From Nemertoderma westbladi (Eukaryota > Animalia > Xenacoelomorpha), in NCBI GenBank assembly GCA_032718475.1, contig JAUCBJ010002044.1, forward strand, positions 1-36,030: a stretch of DNA of 36,030 nucleotides. The letters run 5' to 3'. The notes beneath the pieces are model-generated. The model saw only the letters and a program-made list of their open reading frames with translations, was not told the DNA's origin and made no database searches. Positions 9,667 to 20,044 of this stretch are shown here, one piece after another (positions within the stretch are counted from its first letter, which is position 1; every line of letters starts with the position of its first letter). A program made the translations under genes and the position numbers.

Positions 9667-10968
9667 TCACCATCTTCTAAATGCGAATACAGCAACCAGT
9701 GCGAAGATAAACGGCAGCCCGAACAAACTGAGAAGCGAGCAAGCAAGTTCCATACCAAAGAAATCATTGAACAATCCACCAATAACGGGACCTATGATAG
9801 TTCCAATAGATGCGGCGATTCGAAACATTTGTTGGAGAAGTGATCTCGTATCTACATTATCGGGATAACCACAAACATTCACGGCTTGTTGTGTTTGTGT
9901 TTCCAGTGCAGGTGTTTCGTATAGTCCATAACCGAGTCCAAGGAGAACGCAGCCAGTGATAGATATGCTGCGATCATGAGGTAAACCCAGTAGCTCAGAA
10001 GGACCTAGTAGTTGCATTGATACAGCTAGTAAGGCTGCACCAATTACAGTTGGTAAGATAGGTTTTAAGTTCTTCATCATTAATGAGATTATTAGACCAG
10101 TAGAAGTGCTAAGAGCCGGGGCTACCATATAAATGAGACCAATGTTGTACTGGTTGACATTGTAGTTGTGGTGAATGTAGGCAGCATAGTTCGCAATGGT
10201 AAAGGAGGATAGAATTCTGGAAGATATGAATAAAATGAATATTAGAGAAATAGCTGAATTCTTCAGAAGTCCAATATAAGACGGTCTGTCTCTCGATTCA
10301 GATCTGTCGTAAATATGTGGTGGCGACTCTATCCAGCAGTAAATAACGATAATAAGAAACATCAAACCCGATATTATAAATGGGAACTCAAATCCCAATG
10401 AAGCGAAAATGGATGAGCCAAAAACTGGTGAAACCCCCAATCCCACAGTGCCGCAAACAATTGTTACACTGGCTAATAAAGTCCTTTGTGCAGGCCACAA
10501 TTCCATCAATAGACTGTATGAATACATAAAACTTATGTTGAGTCCAACTGCTTCAATTATGCGCAGAGAGAAACAAGCGAATATATATAATCCATTGCTG
10601 TTGTTTGGAATGTATTCTACAAACCCGAATACCAACTGTGAGGCAGCGCCAATTATGCCAAATAGACCCAAAGAGATACCAGTTCCCCAATTGGTGATAG
10701 AATGGGGACAACTAATGTATATTATAAGTCTGACAGTACTGAATATTGATAGTAATGCACCAATCAGAGTCTTCGACCAACCACGCTCTTCTACAACAAT
10801 AGGGAAGAATGTTTCCAGTAGATTCTGACACCAACCTGGTATCATTTGATACATCAGCAACATGATCACCAAGATGTAAAGTCTCCAGCCCTTTCGATGA
10901 CTTTTCTGATTAGCAACTATTTTACTTGTTTCATCACGCGATGTAACTGAAGCTGCACCCAGTGACAT
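9667..10968 (-). CDS. SLC18B1: Major facilitator superfamily transporter, SLC18B1-like, intronless (433 aa from the first ATG)
   Basis: Uninterrupted ORF with about 12 hydrophobic segments. FFPIV, CFSLRIIEAVG, GFEFPF and GYPDNVDTRSLL..F..IGTIIGPVIGG resemble invertebrate SLC18B1-like proteins. ATG at 10968 is in an AAAATG context. Family-level call only; orthology not shown. Confidence 0.85.
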   Translation of the reverse strand: MSLGAASVTSRDETSKIVANQKSHRKGWRLYILVIMLLMYQMIPGWCQNLLETFFPIVVEERGWSKTLIGALLSIFSTVRLIIYISCPHSITNWGTGISLGLFGIIGAASQLVFGFVEYIPNNSNGLYIFACFSLRIIEAVGLNISFMYSYSLLMELWPAQRTLLASVTIVCGTVGLGVSPVFGSSIFASLGFEFPFIISGLMFLIIVIYCWIESPPHIYDRSESRDRPSYIGLLKNSAISLIFILFISSRILSSFTIANYAAYIHHNYNVNQYNIGLIYMVAPALSTSTGLIISLMMKNLKPILPTVIGAALLAVSMQLLGPSELLGLPHDRSISITGCVLLGLGYGLYETPALETQTQQAVNVCGYPDNVDTRSLLQQMFRIAASIGTIIGPVIGGLFNDFFGMELACSLLSLFGLPFIFALVAVFAFRRW

Positions 10969-11089
10969 TTTATAGATATACTTCAAATTGACTATTTTAT
11001 TGTTAATAAATTATTAAATTAATGATATTGAATAAAGTATTATATTTATTACAAAAAAGATAAATTTATTACATTCGAACAGTACACGT

Positions 11090-11222
11090 TCGTGGGGCGT
11101 CGCGCAGCACGCGAACTTGAGCAAGTTCAAAACAAGTGCGACTTGATGTGGTATTCCCATACAAAATTTGGTTGAAAATGGTTAAAATCTTCTGACTTCT
11201 GATTTAGACAGACAGACAGATT
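11090..11222. mobile_element. Possible Helentron/DINE-1-like non-autonomous fragment
   Basis: CATACAAAATTTGGTTGAAAATGGTT followed by a (GACA)3 microsatellite and preceded by small hairpins. The resemblance is from memory of such families and was not searched. Confidence 0.35.
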
Positions 11223-11607
11223 AATACTATTTTTTAAAAGTATTACAATTACCGAGAGGCAAGACCAATAAACAACCAATCTTAGTGTGAGACATATAAG
11301 TTCATTAAGAATAATGGAGGTGAATGAATGTCGGTGGTGCTTAAGGACTGATTTTGTTTGCACATAGCATAAGGGAGTTTTCAGATGCGGGACCACCTCC
11401 ACATAGCCAGCAGATGCGGTCTTCACATGGTTTCCAGCAATACGTTTTCTCTATAGGTTCTGATGTCAACGATTTGAGATTAGAAGGGCAGCCACGCCAC
11501 GGTGGCGCATGGCGGTGGAGCACTCCTGCAAAATTGTTATTAATTTTAATTGTAGGGATTGTAACATTCGGAATGACATAAATCCTGGTGTATTCATATT
11601 AGTTAGG

Positions 11608-11649
11608 TGTTATGTTTGGGGTTAACCCTATTAGAACCATGCTATAAAT
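11608..11649 (+). repeat. Isolated unit of the 41-bp repeat on the left flank of the CRE element, ending in the TATAAAT target duplication
   Basis: TGTTATGTTTGGGGTTAACCCTATTAGAACCATGCTATAAAT matches the array unit at 15218-15654 with 2 mismatches. Confidence 0.92.
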
Positions 11650-11837
11650 TTTTTTAAAAGCTGGACTTAGTATATTTATTATTAAAACTTGTAAAAACAG
11701 CTGATGCACATCAGATCGCATAGCAACCACCACCAACAACCAGACAAATATACACTGTTAAATTAATACTACAGTTAGTATATGATACTGTCTGACTGTC
11801 CTTCAAACTTGGAGGGTTGTTATCCACAGTCGTCATC

Positions 11838-14800
11838 CTACGCCGGGTTGCAGTTGGCATTGCTGTGGATGATCGACTCCATGTCGCACCAAACCGAACG
11901 CCGCTTAGCTGATCGGCAGCTGCGAAGGCACAGGAAGGCTGACCGCAAAAGGGCGAAACTCAACCTCCTGCGAACCCACACAGCACACTCTGAATAGCGA
12001 ACCTTGCGTTTGTCAGACAGTTTCAACACGAGACGCTTGATAAACTGTGTGGCTGACTGTGAAGCTCCACCAAACGCAGATAATATAAGGGGAGTGAAGC
12101 TGGCGTGCTCCACCTCCCTCAACCGTTCTTCGTATTTGAGCCTCTTGCAAGACTCGTGGTGTAGGTGGGATGCCGGAAGGGACATCGCGGCGTTGGTGTC
12201 CGCCAGTGGGTTGAAGACAGACACGTCGATGAACGTTTTCCTGAAACGTTTCCCCAGAATCCGCTCACCGACACATCCAGCCTCGCCTGCTGGTCCGTCA
12301 ATGTCAACCGATGGCTGAACGTCTCGCCTGATAGTGGCTGCAGAAGCGGTTCCACCCCGACATTGTGTCAGGGTATCGGCGACGAAATCGCGAATCTTGT
12401 TGTGTTGTATGGAGGGGAACCCTCCGGTGGGGCACGACAGCACGTGGGATGAAGTAAATCGCACCCCACAGGCACAATGAGACGGTAGATTTCGCGGCGT
12501 CCATCCGTAGCGGAGGCACAGGGAATCACGGAACCCTTCCTTGTCGAGGTGAGTATCCTGTAAGGTCATAGGTTTACAGTTTAGCCAGGCTGAAGCTCCT
12601 TTCTCTCCCACTAGATCACACAGTTGCTGTTGATTCTGTGGCAGCTTACTGCACACTTCTTCCTTATTTTCTATGTTTGCAGCTGCTGTCACTATTTTGA
12701 GCGTCTTTATGATGTCGATCTGCTCTTTCCGAACTTCCGACATCGTATCTGCGCTGGCCCCTTCGAACGGTTTGCAGACTCGGCGGGAGTTCCGGTATTG
12801 AAACTCGAGATCCCGAGGGACCGGGACATTCAGCCCCCGTCGCAAACCGGCAGCGACAACAACTCTCGCTCCTCCATCAGAATAACTGCCCGGTCGGTGA
12901 GGCGACAGAGAATCCTCAAGCTTCCCGAACTGCTCCGTCGCCCCGGTAAGACCCGCGCTATGTACTGCCACTGGCAGGCCAGCCCGAACGCTAGTCCCAA
13001 GTAGGGGCCGCGGTTGGGATCCACCACGGCTATATCTGCTAGCTGATCGACCTCGGCTGTGAACTCTGCGACCTTCTCTAAGAGGAACTGCAAACGGAAC
13101 TCCTCAGTGCCAATGACACCACCGAGAAGTTTTCTTCCAACGATATTAATTGCAATGTTGGTGCCACCGAACAACTCCTCCGCCTCCAGTAACCTGTCCG
13201 ACTTTACCGTGAGGCAGTACTTGGTGGGGTAATACCCATAATGCGGCCCCCGCGCTGCGATGATGTCGAAGAACTTTCTGAATTCGGTTAGACTCCCCGC
13301 TGCGTTCCTGTTATCCGCGAACCGCCGCTGCTCCGTGGTGCACCCCTGATCCAAATCGTTCACTAAAGGCATTCCCCCATACCCATACATGGCCATTGCT
13401 ACGGGGTCCCCTTGAGTCATTCCCTCCTCTGACAGTAAGGTTTCCCCACCCACAAAAAGCCGCGCCAGCTCGCTATAACAATTTGATACAATTGTGTGGA
13501 GTCCGGGAAACACCACGCGGATATTATGAAGCGCCCCCTGGCGGTTGAGGGCGTTAAACGCGTTAGTGGTATCAACTTGGAGAACACCATCACAGTCATC
13601 ACGGTCAAAGGCGTTGTTAAGGCTATGGACAGCGAACTCGATCCCTGACTTCTGTCCAAGGCATAGCTGCACGGACCCGCCGACAGCTTCGAGATCCTCG
13701 CAAATACACAGGATTGCCGCCTTCCCAATAACCCGCCGTAGAACCTCTCCGATCCCGATGGGCCGGACGCCTGGATTCTTGTCCAACGCAATGAGTCGAG
13801 CAGACAATAGAGCTGACAGGGAACCAGATGGTACGAGAGACTGCAACATTACCCTGCCCAACTGCGCTAACTGATTGCATAACTCATTGGACTGAGTGCG
13901 GAACTTCGTCAGAAGGTGTTTCCACCCCTGCACATCCATACCAGAGGGACCTGCGGCGTTTCCCTTCATCCTTAACAAGCTGGTCAAGATTAACTGCCCA
14001 TTTAGCTGCTCAAACACTACCGGGTGGTGCTCGGGTGCTCCCTCGAACTCATCCAACAGAATTGACTCGTCTGCCGGTTTGGCGGGTGGGTGTTTATCTA
14101 GCAGCACATCTCGTACCACCTTTGTCTCTCCATCTTTGTCAGTGAACGTATCATCGAGTCCCATTGGTTAACCCCGGTGTAACTGACCCAGGCACCTCGT
14201 TGCTGCCGAGATGTTCCCTGTCAGCATATGGCGGACAAAAGCTTTCTGGAGCGCGACGTTTTGAGACTCCGGAACGCGGCCATTTCGGGCAATGAGACTG
14301 GATAACCCTGGCCTCGACAACCAGTTCGTGGATCTCAGCCCTCTTCCAACTCGCCAGCCTCCGCACCAGCATGCTCCTGTGAGTGGACGTTGTAGACGTC
14401 CAGCTGGTTTTCTGCAGGAACAGCGCCGGCAGTATCATCAACGCCGATAAGGCGACATTTTGTAGTGGGTTATCCATAGCTGCTAGACCCACTATTCTCG
14501 ACATTTTGCTTACCAGTTCTCTACCTATAGCACCTGGGGGGACCAGGAACAAGTTAGCCCTCCAATGTACAATAGTTTCGTATAAGTGTCTTATTGAGGT
14601 ATCTAACTGGTGAACAGGGAATCTACCATTACACCAACCCACTAAAGCCGGTGAAGGCCCAGACGGGGACGCGGTAGACATCGTGGGTCCAGGAGGGGAT
14701 GTGGTAGACATCGTGGGTCCTGGCGGGGACGCGGTAGACATCGTGGGTCCAGGCGGGGACGCGGTAAACATCGTGGGTCCAGGCGGGAACGCGGTAGACA

Positions 14801-15217
14801 TCGTGGGTCCAGGCGGGGATGCGGTAGACATCGTGGGTACATGTGGGGATGTGGTAGACATCGTGAGTCCAGGCGGGGACACGGTAGCCCAGACAACTAT
14901 GGGCCAACACCAGACTGACCAGTACAGGCACCAGACAGCTCGGGACCAGCACTGGCATGACTAGGAATTGCCCCAGACTTAACGCCAACAGATGAAGATG
15001 AGAGAGATAATAACGTTCCATCATTGTCCAACCAGGTTTCATCTGCCAATGGAGAACATATATCTAATGGCTGAGAAAAGAACGTCCGCGTTAACTGAAC
15101 AGCACTGCCCCGGTCCGGCAGTGGCTGGGAAGAAGACGACTGAACTAACGACGTACCGACGATTTCACAATTCCCATTCTTCCTCGCGGTGCAGCTGATA
15201 CTACAGTCTCTATGTGG
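11838..15217 (-). pseudogene. Frameshifted single ORF of the CRE element
   Basis: N-terminal IVHWRANLFLVP..LVRRLASW (14151-14882). RT motifs AAGPSG, PGVRPIGIGEVLRR, DTTNAFN, EGMTQGDP and FADN in place of YADD (12830-14164). CACG-x7-H-x3-C, HNKIRD, RLDVSVSGFW, FIDV and KRLKYE (11838-12971 and 12119-12355). At least four frameshifts. Confidence 0.9.
14659..14887 (-). repeat. 30-bp coding tandem repeat inside the CRE ORF, encoding (PPGPTMSTAS)n, about 7.5 copies
   Basis: Unit on + is CCAGGCGGGGACGCGGTAGACATCGTGGGT. It is in frame with the downstream CRE N-terminal domain in ORF 14151-14882. Confidence 0.93.
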
Positions 15218-15654
15218 TATAAATGTTATGTTTGGGGTTAACCCTATTAGTACCAGGCTATAAATGTTATGTTTGGGGTTAACCCTATTAGTACCAGGCT
15301 ATAAATGTTATGTTTGGAGTTAACCCTATTAGTACCAGGCTATAAATGTTATGTTTGGGGTTAACCCTATTAGTACCAGGCTATAAATGTTATGTTTGGA
15401 GTTAACCCTATTAGTACCAGGCTATAAATGTTATGTTTGGGGTTAACCCTATTAGTACCAGGCTATAAATGTTATGTTTGGGGTTAACCCTATTAGTACC
15501 GGGCTATAAATGTTATGTTTGGGGTTAACCTTATTAGTACCGGGCTATATACGTTATGTTTGGGGTTAACCCTACCAAGCTATAAATGTTATGTTTGGGG
15601 TTAACCTTATTAGTACCGGGCTATAAAGTTTTATATTTGGGGTTAACCCTATTA
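15218..15654 (+). repeat. 41-bp tandem repeat TATAAATGTTATGTTTGGGGTTAACCCTATTAGTACCAGGC, about 10.5 copies
   Basis: Read directly. Each unit has a GGGTTAACCC palindrome; one unit near 15570 has an internal deletion. Confidence 0.97.
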
Positions 15655-16099
15655 GTTAAATTTTAATATTATACCTAAGACCGCTGAAAACGCCCGTGAT
15701 GGGTGAAATGACCATACGGTGAAAACAACTCATTTTTATAACCTGCAGTAACCTTTAACCACAAACATAACAGTTAATAAATTACATTTAGCTGCAAATA
15801 ATAATGTATAAATATATAATAATGTATAAATAATAATAACGATTGAAGGTACATGAAAATTTTAGGGGGTTCGGTTGCCGGCAATATAAATAAATATCTG
15901 TTTTAATTTAAAATATAATCAAGTTATTCAATTTAGACAGGCTTTATAGCGCTTTATAGCAGTCCTGAGACGAAATAATTGTTAGTCCTACAAAATAACA
16001 AATAACAGTTCAAGAAAGAAAAATAGTTATGTTTTACAAAGTAAGAAAGCAAGCAAACAGTCAGCCGAGGCGGGACGCGACCTAAAGGCTCATAAAGGC

Positions 16100-17760
16100 T
16101 GCTACCTGGAGGTAGGGAGGCGTGGGCGCTACACCTATCTGCTACCCGAGGGTAGAGGTGGGCGCTACTCCTTTCTGCCACCTACCCGGGGGTAGGGGTG
16201 GGCGCTACTCCTATCTGCAACCCGAAGGTAGGGGTGTTCGCTACTCCTATCTGCAACCTGAAGGTCGGGGGGGCGCTTCTTCTATCTGCTACCCGATGGT
16301 AGGGGTGGGCGCTACTCCTATCTGCTACCCGAGGATAGGGGTGGGCGCTACTCCTATCTGCTACTCGAGGGTAGGGGTGGGAGCTACTCCTATCTGCTAC
16401 CCGATGGGAGGGGTGGGCGTTACTCATATCTGCTACTTGTGGGTAAGGGTGGGCGCTACTTATCTGCTACCCGAGGGTATGGCTGCTACCCGAGGATAGG
16501 GGTGGGCACTACTCCTATCTGCTACTCGAGGGTAGGGGTGGGAGCTACTCCTATCTGCTACCCGATGGGAGGGGTGGGCGTTACTCATATCTGCTACCCA
16601 AGGGTAGGGGTGGGCGCTTCTTATCTGCTACTCGAGGGTAGGGGTGGGCGCTACTCCTATCTGCTACCCGAGGGTAGGGGTGGGAGCTACTCATATCTGC
16701 TACCCAAGGATAGGGGTGGGTGCTACTCATATCTGCTACCCGATGGTAGGGGTGGGCGTTACTCCTATCTGCTACCCGAGGGTAGGGGTGGGCGCTACTC
16801 CTATCTGCTACCCGAGGGTAGGGGTGGGCGCTACTCCTATCTGCTACACGAGGGTAGGGGTGGGCGCTACTCCTATCTGCTTCCCGAGGGTAGGGCTGCT
16901 ACCCGAGGATAGGGGTGGGTGCTAGTCCTATCTGCTACCCGATGGTAGGGGTGTTCGCTACTCCTATCTGCAACCCGAAGGTTGGGGTGGGCGCTACTCC
17001 TATCTGCTATCCGATGGTAGGGGTGGGCGCTACTCCTATCTGCTACCCGAGGATAGGGGTGGGCACTACTCCTATCTGCTACTCGAGGGTAGGGGTGGGA
17101 GCTACTCCTATCTGCTACCCGATGGGAGGGGTGGGCGTTACTCATATCTGCTACCCGAGGGTAGGGGTGGGCGCTACTTATCTGCTACTCGAGGGTAGGG
17201 GTGGGCACTACTCCTATCTGCTACCCGAGGGTAGGGGTGGGAGCTACTCATATCTGCTACCCAAGGATAGGGGTGGGTGCTACTCCTATCTGCTACCCGA
17301 TGGTAGGGGTGGGCGCTACTCCTATCTGCTACCCGATGGTAAGGATGGGCGCTACTCCTATCTGCTTCCCGAGGGTAGGGCTGCTACTTGAGGATAGGGG
17401 TGGGTGCTAGTCCTATCTGCTACCCGATGGTAGGGGTGGGCGCTACTCATATCTGCTACCCGATGGTAGGGGTGGGCGCTACTCCTATCTGCTACCCGAG
17501 GGTAGGGGTGGGCGCTACTCCTATCTGCTACCCGAGGGTAGGGGTGGGCGCTACTCCTATCTGCTTCCCGAGGGTAGGGCTGCTACCCGAGGATAGGGGT
17601 GGGTGCTAGTCATATCTGCTACCCGATGGTAGGGGTGGGCGCTACTCATATCTGCTACCCGATGGTAGGGGTGGGCGCTACTCCTATCTGCTACCCGAGG
17701 GTAGGGGTGGGCGCTACTCCTATCTGCTACCCGAGGGTAGGGGTGGGCGCTAGTCCTATC
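16100..17760 (+). repeat. 36-bp minisatellite GCTACTCCTATCTGCTACCCGAGGGTAGGGGTGGGC, about 46 copies, with higher-order block duplications
   Basis: Read directly. Each unit has a CTACCC-GA-GGGTAG hairpin and three G-tracts. Confidence 0.97.
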
Positions 17761-17784
17761 CCAAGATTTGATTGAGTTATTTAA

Positions 17785-17826
17785 CTGGTACTCATTTTAT
17801 CGACCCCAGTGGATGAAAGTCTGAGT
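17785..17826 (-). mobile_element. Meta-domain SINE (MetaSINE) central-domain fragment
   Basis: Minus strand ACTCAGACTTTCATCCACTGGGGTCGATAAAATGAGTACCAG closely resembles the Meta domain as recalled (ACTCAGCCTTTCATCC..GGTCGATAAAATGAGTACCAG). Confidence 0.7.
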
Positions 17827-17894
17827 GATAGACAGATCTAGATCTGAGATCTAGATCTGACTGTCTGACTGACTGAGGACTGAGGACATGCTTT

Positions 17895-18222
17895 CTGTGC
17901 CAAGTATTATCCTCACTCTACAACTCAGACAGTAAGCAAACATAAGCTGTGGGCTTCTAATGTATTACATCATAAGCTGATTGCTCTCCCAATAGCCCTC
18001 ACACACTCACTGAATCTAATGAAATCGAATATTTATTAGCTTAATGCGAATAGCTGGTAAGCTGAATGCCATTTAAGTTATTGTGTACTGTTGACTGCAG
18101 AGTTGACTGCTATGTTGTATGTATTTAATTAAAATAATTTTCGTAGAGGGAAGTTAATTTGGGATTACTCTCTATCAGATGTAAGCAAAGCTGTTCAATG
18201 GGGTGGGTCATGGGACCCAAAT
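17895..18222 (+). repeat. Unclassified interspersed repeat, diverged copy A (copy B at about 28455-28656)
   Basis: Collinear shared blocks: CTCACTCTA..CAGA..AAGCAAACAT, AATAGC..TGAATC, and CTCTATC..AGA..TGTAAGCAAAGCTGTTC..AATGGGG..GGGACCCAA. Confidence 0.65.
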
Positions 18223-18414
18223 ATAGTACATTATGCATGGCAAACATTAATAAAATCATTCAGTCAACCTGAAGGGAACTACTGTGTGAAAAGCGAATTT
18301 ATAATGTTACCCATACTTCAGGTAAATGAATTTTTAGATATTTTGTACTGAAGGCAAGGATTTCTGATATAATTAAAATACAAAACAGGGGCTTGTTTCG
18401 ATATATGTAGTTGC

Positions 18415-18690
18415 GCCCTTCGAGCAGCACGTGAGTATTAGACACAATGTTTGACTTTATTCCTTCGAGCAGCACGTGATTTTGGCTTTGACCCTTCGAG
18501 CAGCACGTGAGTTACATCTAATAATAGACACACTGTTTGACTTTGTCCCTTCGAGCAGCACGTGAGTTTTGCTTTGACCTTTGATATATGATGTTGCGCC
18601 GTTCGAGCAGCACGTGAGTTAAATCAAATAATAGACACACTGTTTGACTTTGTCCCTTCGAGCACCACTTGAGTTTGGCTTTGACCCTTC
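18415..18690 (+). repeat. Six copies of CCTTCGAGCAGCACGTGAG arranged as a dimer repeated three times
   Basis: Read directly. Long linkers (TAGACACA(A/C)TGTTTGACTTT) alternate with short ones (TTGCTTTGAC/TGGCTTTGAC). Confidence 0.9.
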
Positions 18691-18699
18691 CATACCCTT

Positions 18700-18752
18700 C
18701 CTACAACTACTAGATTGCAGGCCCGGCGCTCAGCCAACTGAGCTTCCCCGCC
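18700..18752 (-). mobile_element. Truncated tRNA-derived SINE head (Ala-TGC-like loop)
   Basis: Minus strand GGCGGGGAAGCTCAGTTGGCTGAGCGCCGGGCCTGCAATCTAGTAGTTGTAGG: A-box/D-arm and anticodon-like loop are present, B-box is missing. Confidence 0.6.
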
Positions 18753-18917
18753 TTTGCTGTTTCCTAAAGTAATAATTATTAATTAGTTGATAAACTAAAC
18801 TCATTTGATAAACTGACGTGCGATTTTACATACTACCGTACTAAATAAGAGTCTATTTCTTTTCATAATTAATATGTACAGTATTGTTAAACTTCCTCAC
18901 CAAATTTGGTTCTAGTA

Positions 18918-19285
18918 CAATAGCCCACCAAACAGTAGCCCCCCGGACAGTAGCCCCCGGACAGTAGCTCCCCAGACAGTAGCCCCCCGTACCGTACAGA
19001 AGCCCCCTGGACAGTAGCCCCCCATAAAGTAGGCCCCTTGACAGTAGCCCCCCGAACAGTAGCCCCCGAACAGTAGCCCCCCGGACAGTATCCCCCCATA
19101 TGTTATCCCCATGTAAAGTAGCCCCCAGGACAGTAGCCCAAGGACAATAGCCCCCGGCAGCCTCCCTACAGTACCCCCCGGAGACTAGCCCTCGGACAGT
19201 AGCCCCCTGGATAGTAGCCCCCTAGACAGTACCCCCTGGACAGTAGCCCCTGGACAGTAGCCCCCCCCCCCCCCCCCCCCCCCCC
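18918..19285 (+). repeat. Irregular 13-16-bp array of GGACAGTAGCCCC(C), ending in a 25-nt poly-C run
   Basis: Read directly; roughly 20 or more units. Confidence 0.92.
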
Positions 19286-20044
19286 AAGGGAATATGGAAT
19301 CTTCTGACTCGGGAAATCAGTACAGTCTTCACTTATCTCCTTCAAGGAACTGCTCTAAAAACCCACCACTATCAACTGGAATATGGCCAAAGAACACATG
19401 CCAGCTAGACCATATAATGGAATACTTTTTAATAATGTAAGGCGCTATATAAGTATTTTTATTTATTACTATTTATTATTAATGTTTTGAATGATGATTA
19501 ATAATAACCAAATTAAATCTTCATGTTAATTTATTTAATATTTTTCATATTGCCGAAATTCTGGAATTTTGAATAGGTCTTCAAATGTATGAATAAGGCA
19601 AAATTATTGGTGTATGTCAATTTAAATTGACCCTATTACCAATTCAAAAGGGAATGTTTCTATTTATTTAAAATTTCTGTTTATATTATTTAATTGTATC
19701 AAATTAGTATTCTGAAATTTATTTTTATTTTCCTTTAATTAAATTTTTGGTATACTTTTTGGTATAAAATTGCTCCATATATTTCTTTGTTGAAAATTTT
19801 CTAGATATTAATTGCTATTATTTTGCTAAGCGTTTAGAACTCGTCAGTTTTAATATATAGTTTCAGTATATTTTGTATGAGTAACTATTATTTCGAAATT
19901 TTAACGAAAATTTAACCTCTTTCTCCCAGACAAGGTTAAATGGGTTTTGTTTGGGGAAAGTTAAAAGAAAATGGGGCATGGAACTTTTTTTTAATCAGGG
20001 TGGTGCTACCCCATGAACATGGAGCCCAATGAACACATGAGCAT

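Larger units (their letters stand above)
11650..15217 (-). mobile_element. CRE-clade non-LTR retrotransposon (RT + CCHC + restriction-like endonuclease) with poly(A) tail and TATAAAT TSD
   Basis: TATAAAT at 11643-11649 and 15218-15224. T-run at 11649-11655 is the poly(A) on minus, with AATAAA about 20 nt upstream (TTTATT, 11675-11680). GC-rich body carrying RT and RLE motifs. Confidence 0.9.

Noticed and set aside
15218-15654. Spliced-leader RNA gene array as the CRE target
   Set aside because: The 41-bp unit is too short to hold an SL exon, donor and Sm-site intron, and it matches no SL sequence I recognise.
15961-15976. Second hammerhead (GTC-CTGA-GAC-GAAA)
   Set aside because: No CUGANGA box precedes the stem.
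16122-17609. Repetitive proteins (GVGATPICYPRV, GRYSYLLPEGRG)
   Set aside because: These are translations of the 36-bp minisatellite; frames are broken by truncated units and there are no unique coding flanks.
18415-18690. CRISPR-like repeat-spacer pattern
   Set aside because: The linkers are homologous to one another and alternate long and short, so this is a higher-order tandem repeat.
18700-18752. Functional tRNA-Ala gene (likewise tRNA-Gly at 25514-25575)
   Set aside because: T-arm or acceptor stem is missing and the anticodon stems are mispaired; both are treated as SINE heads.
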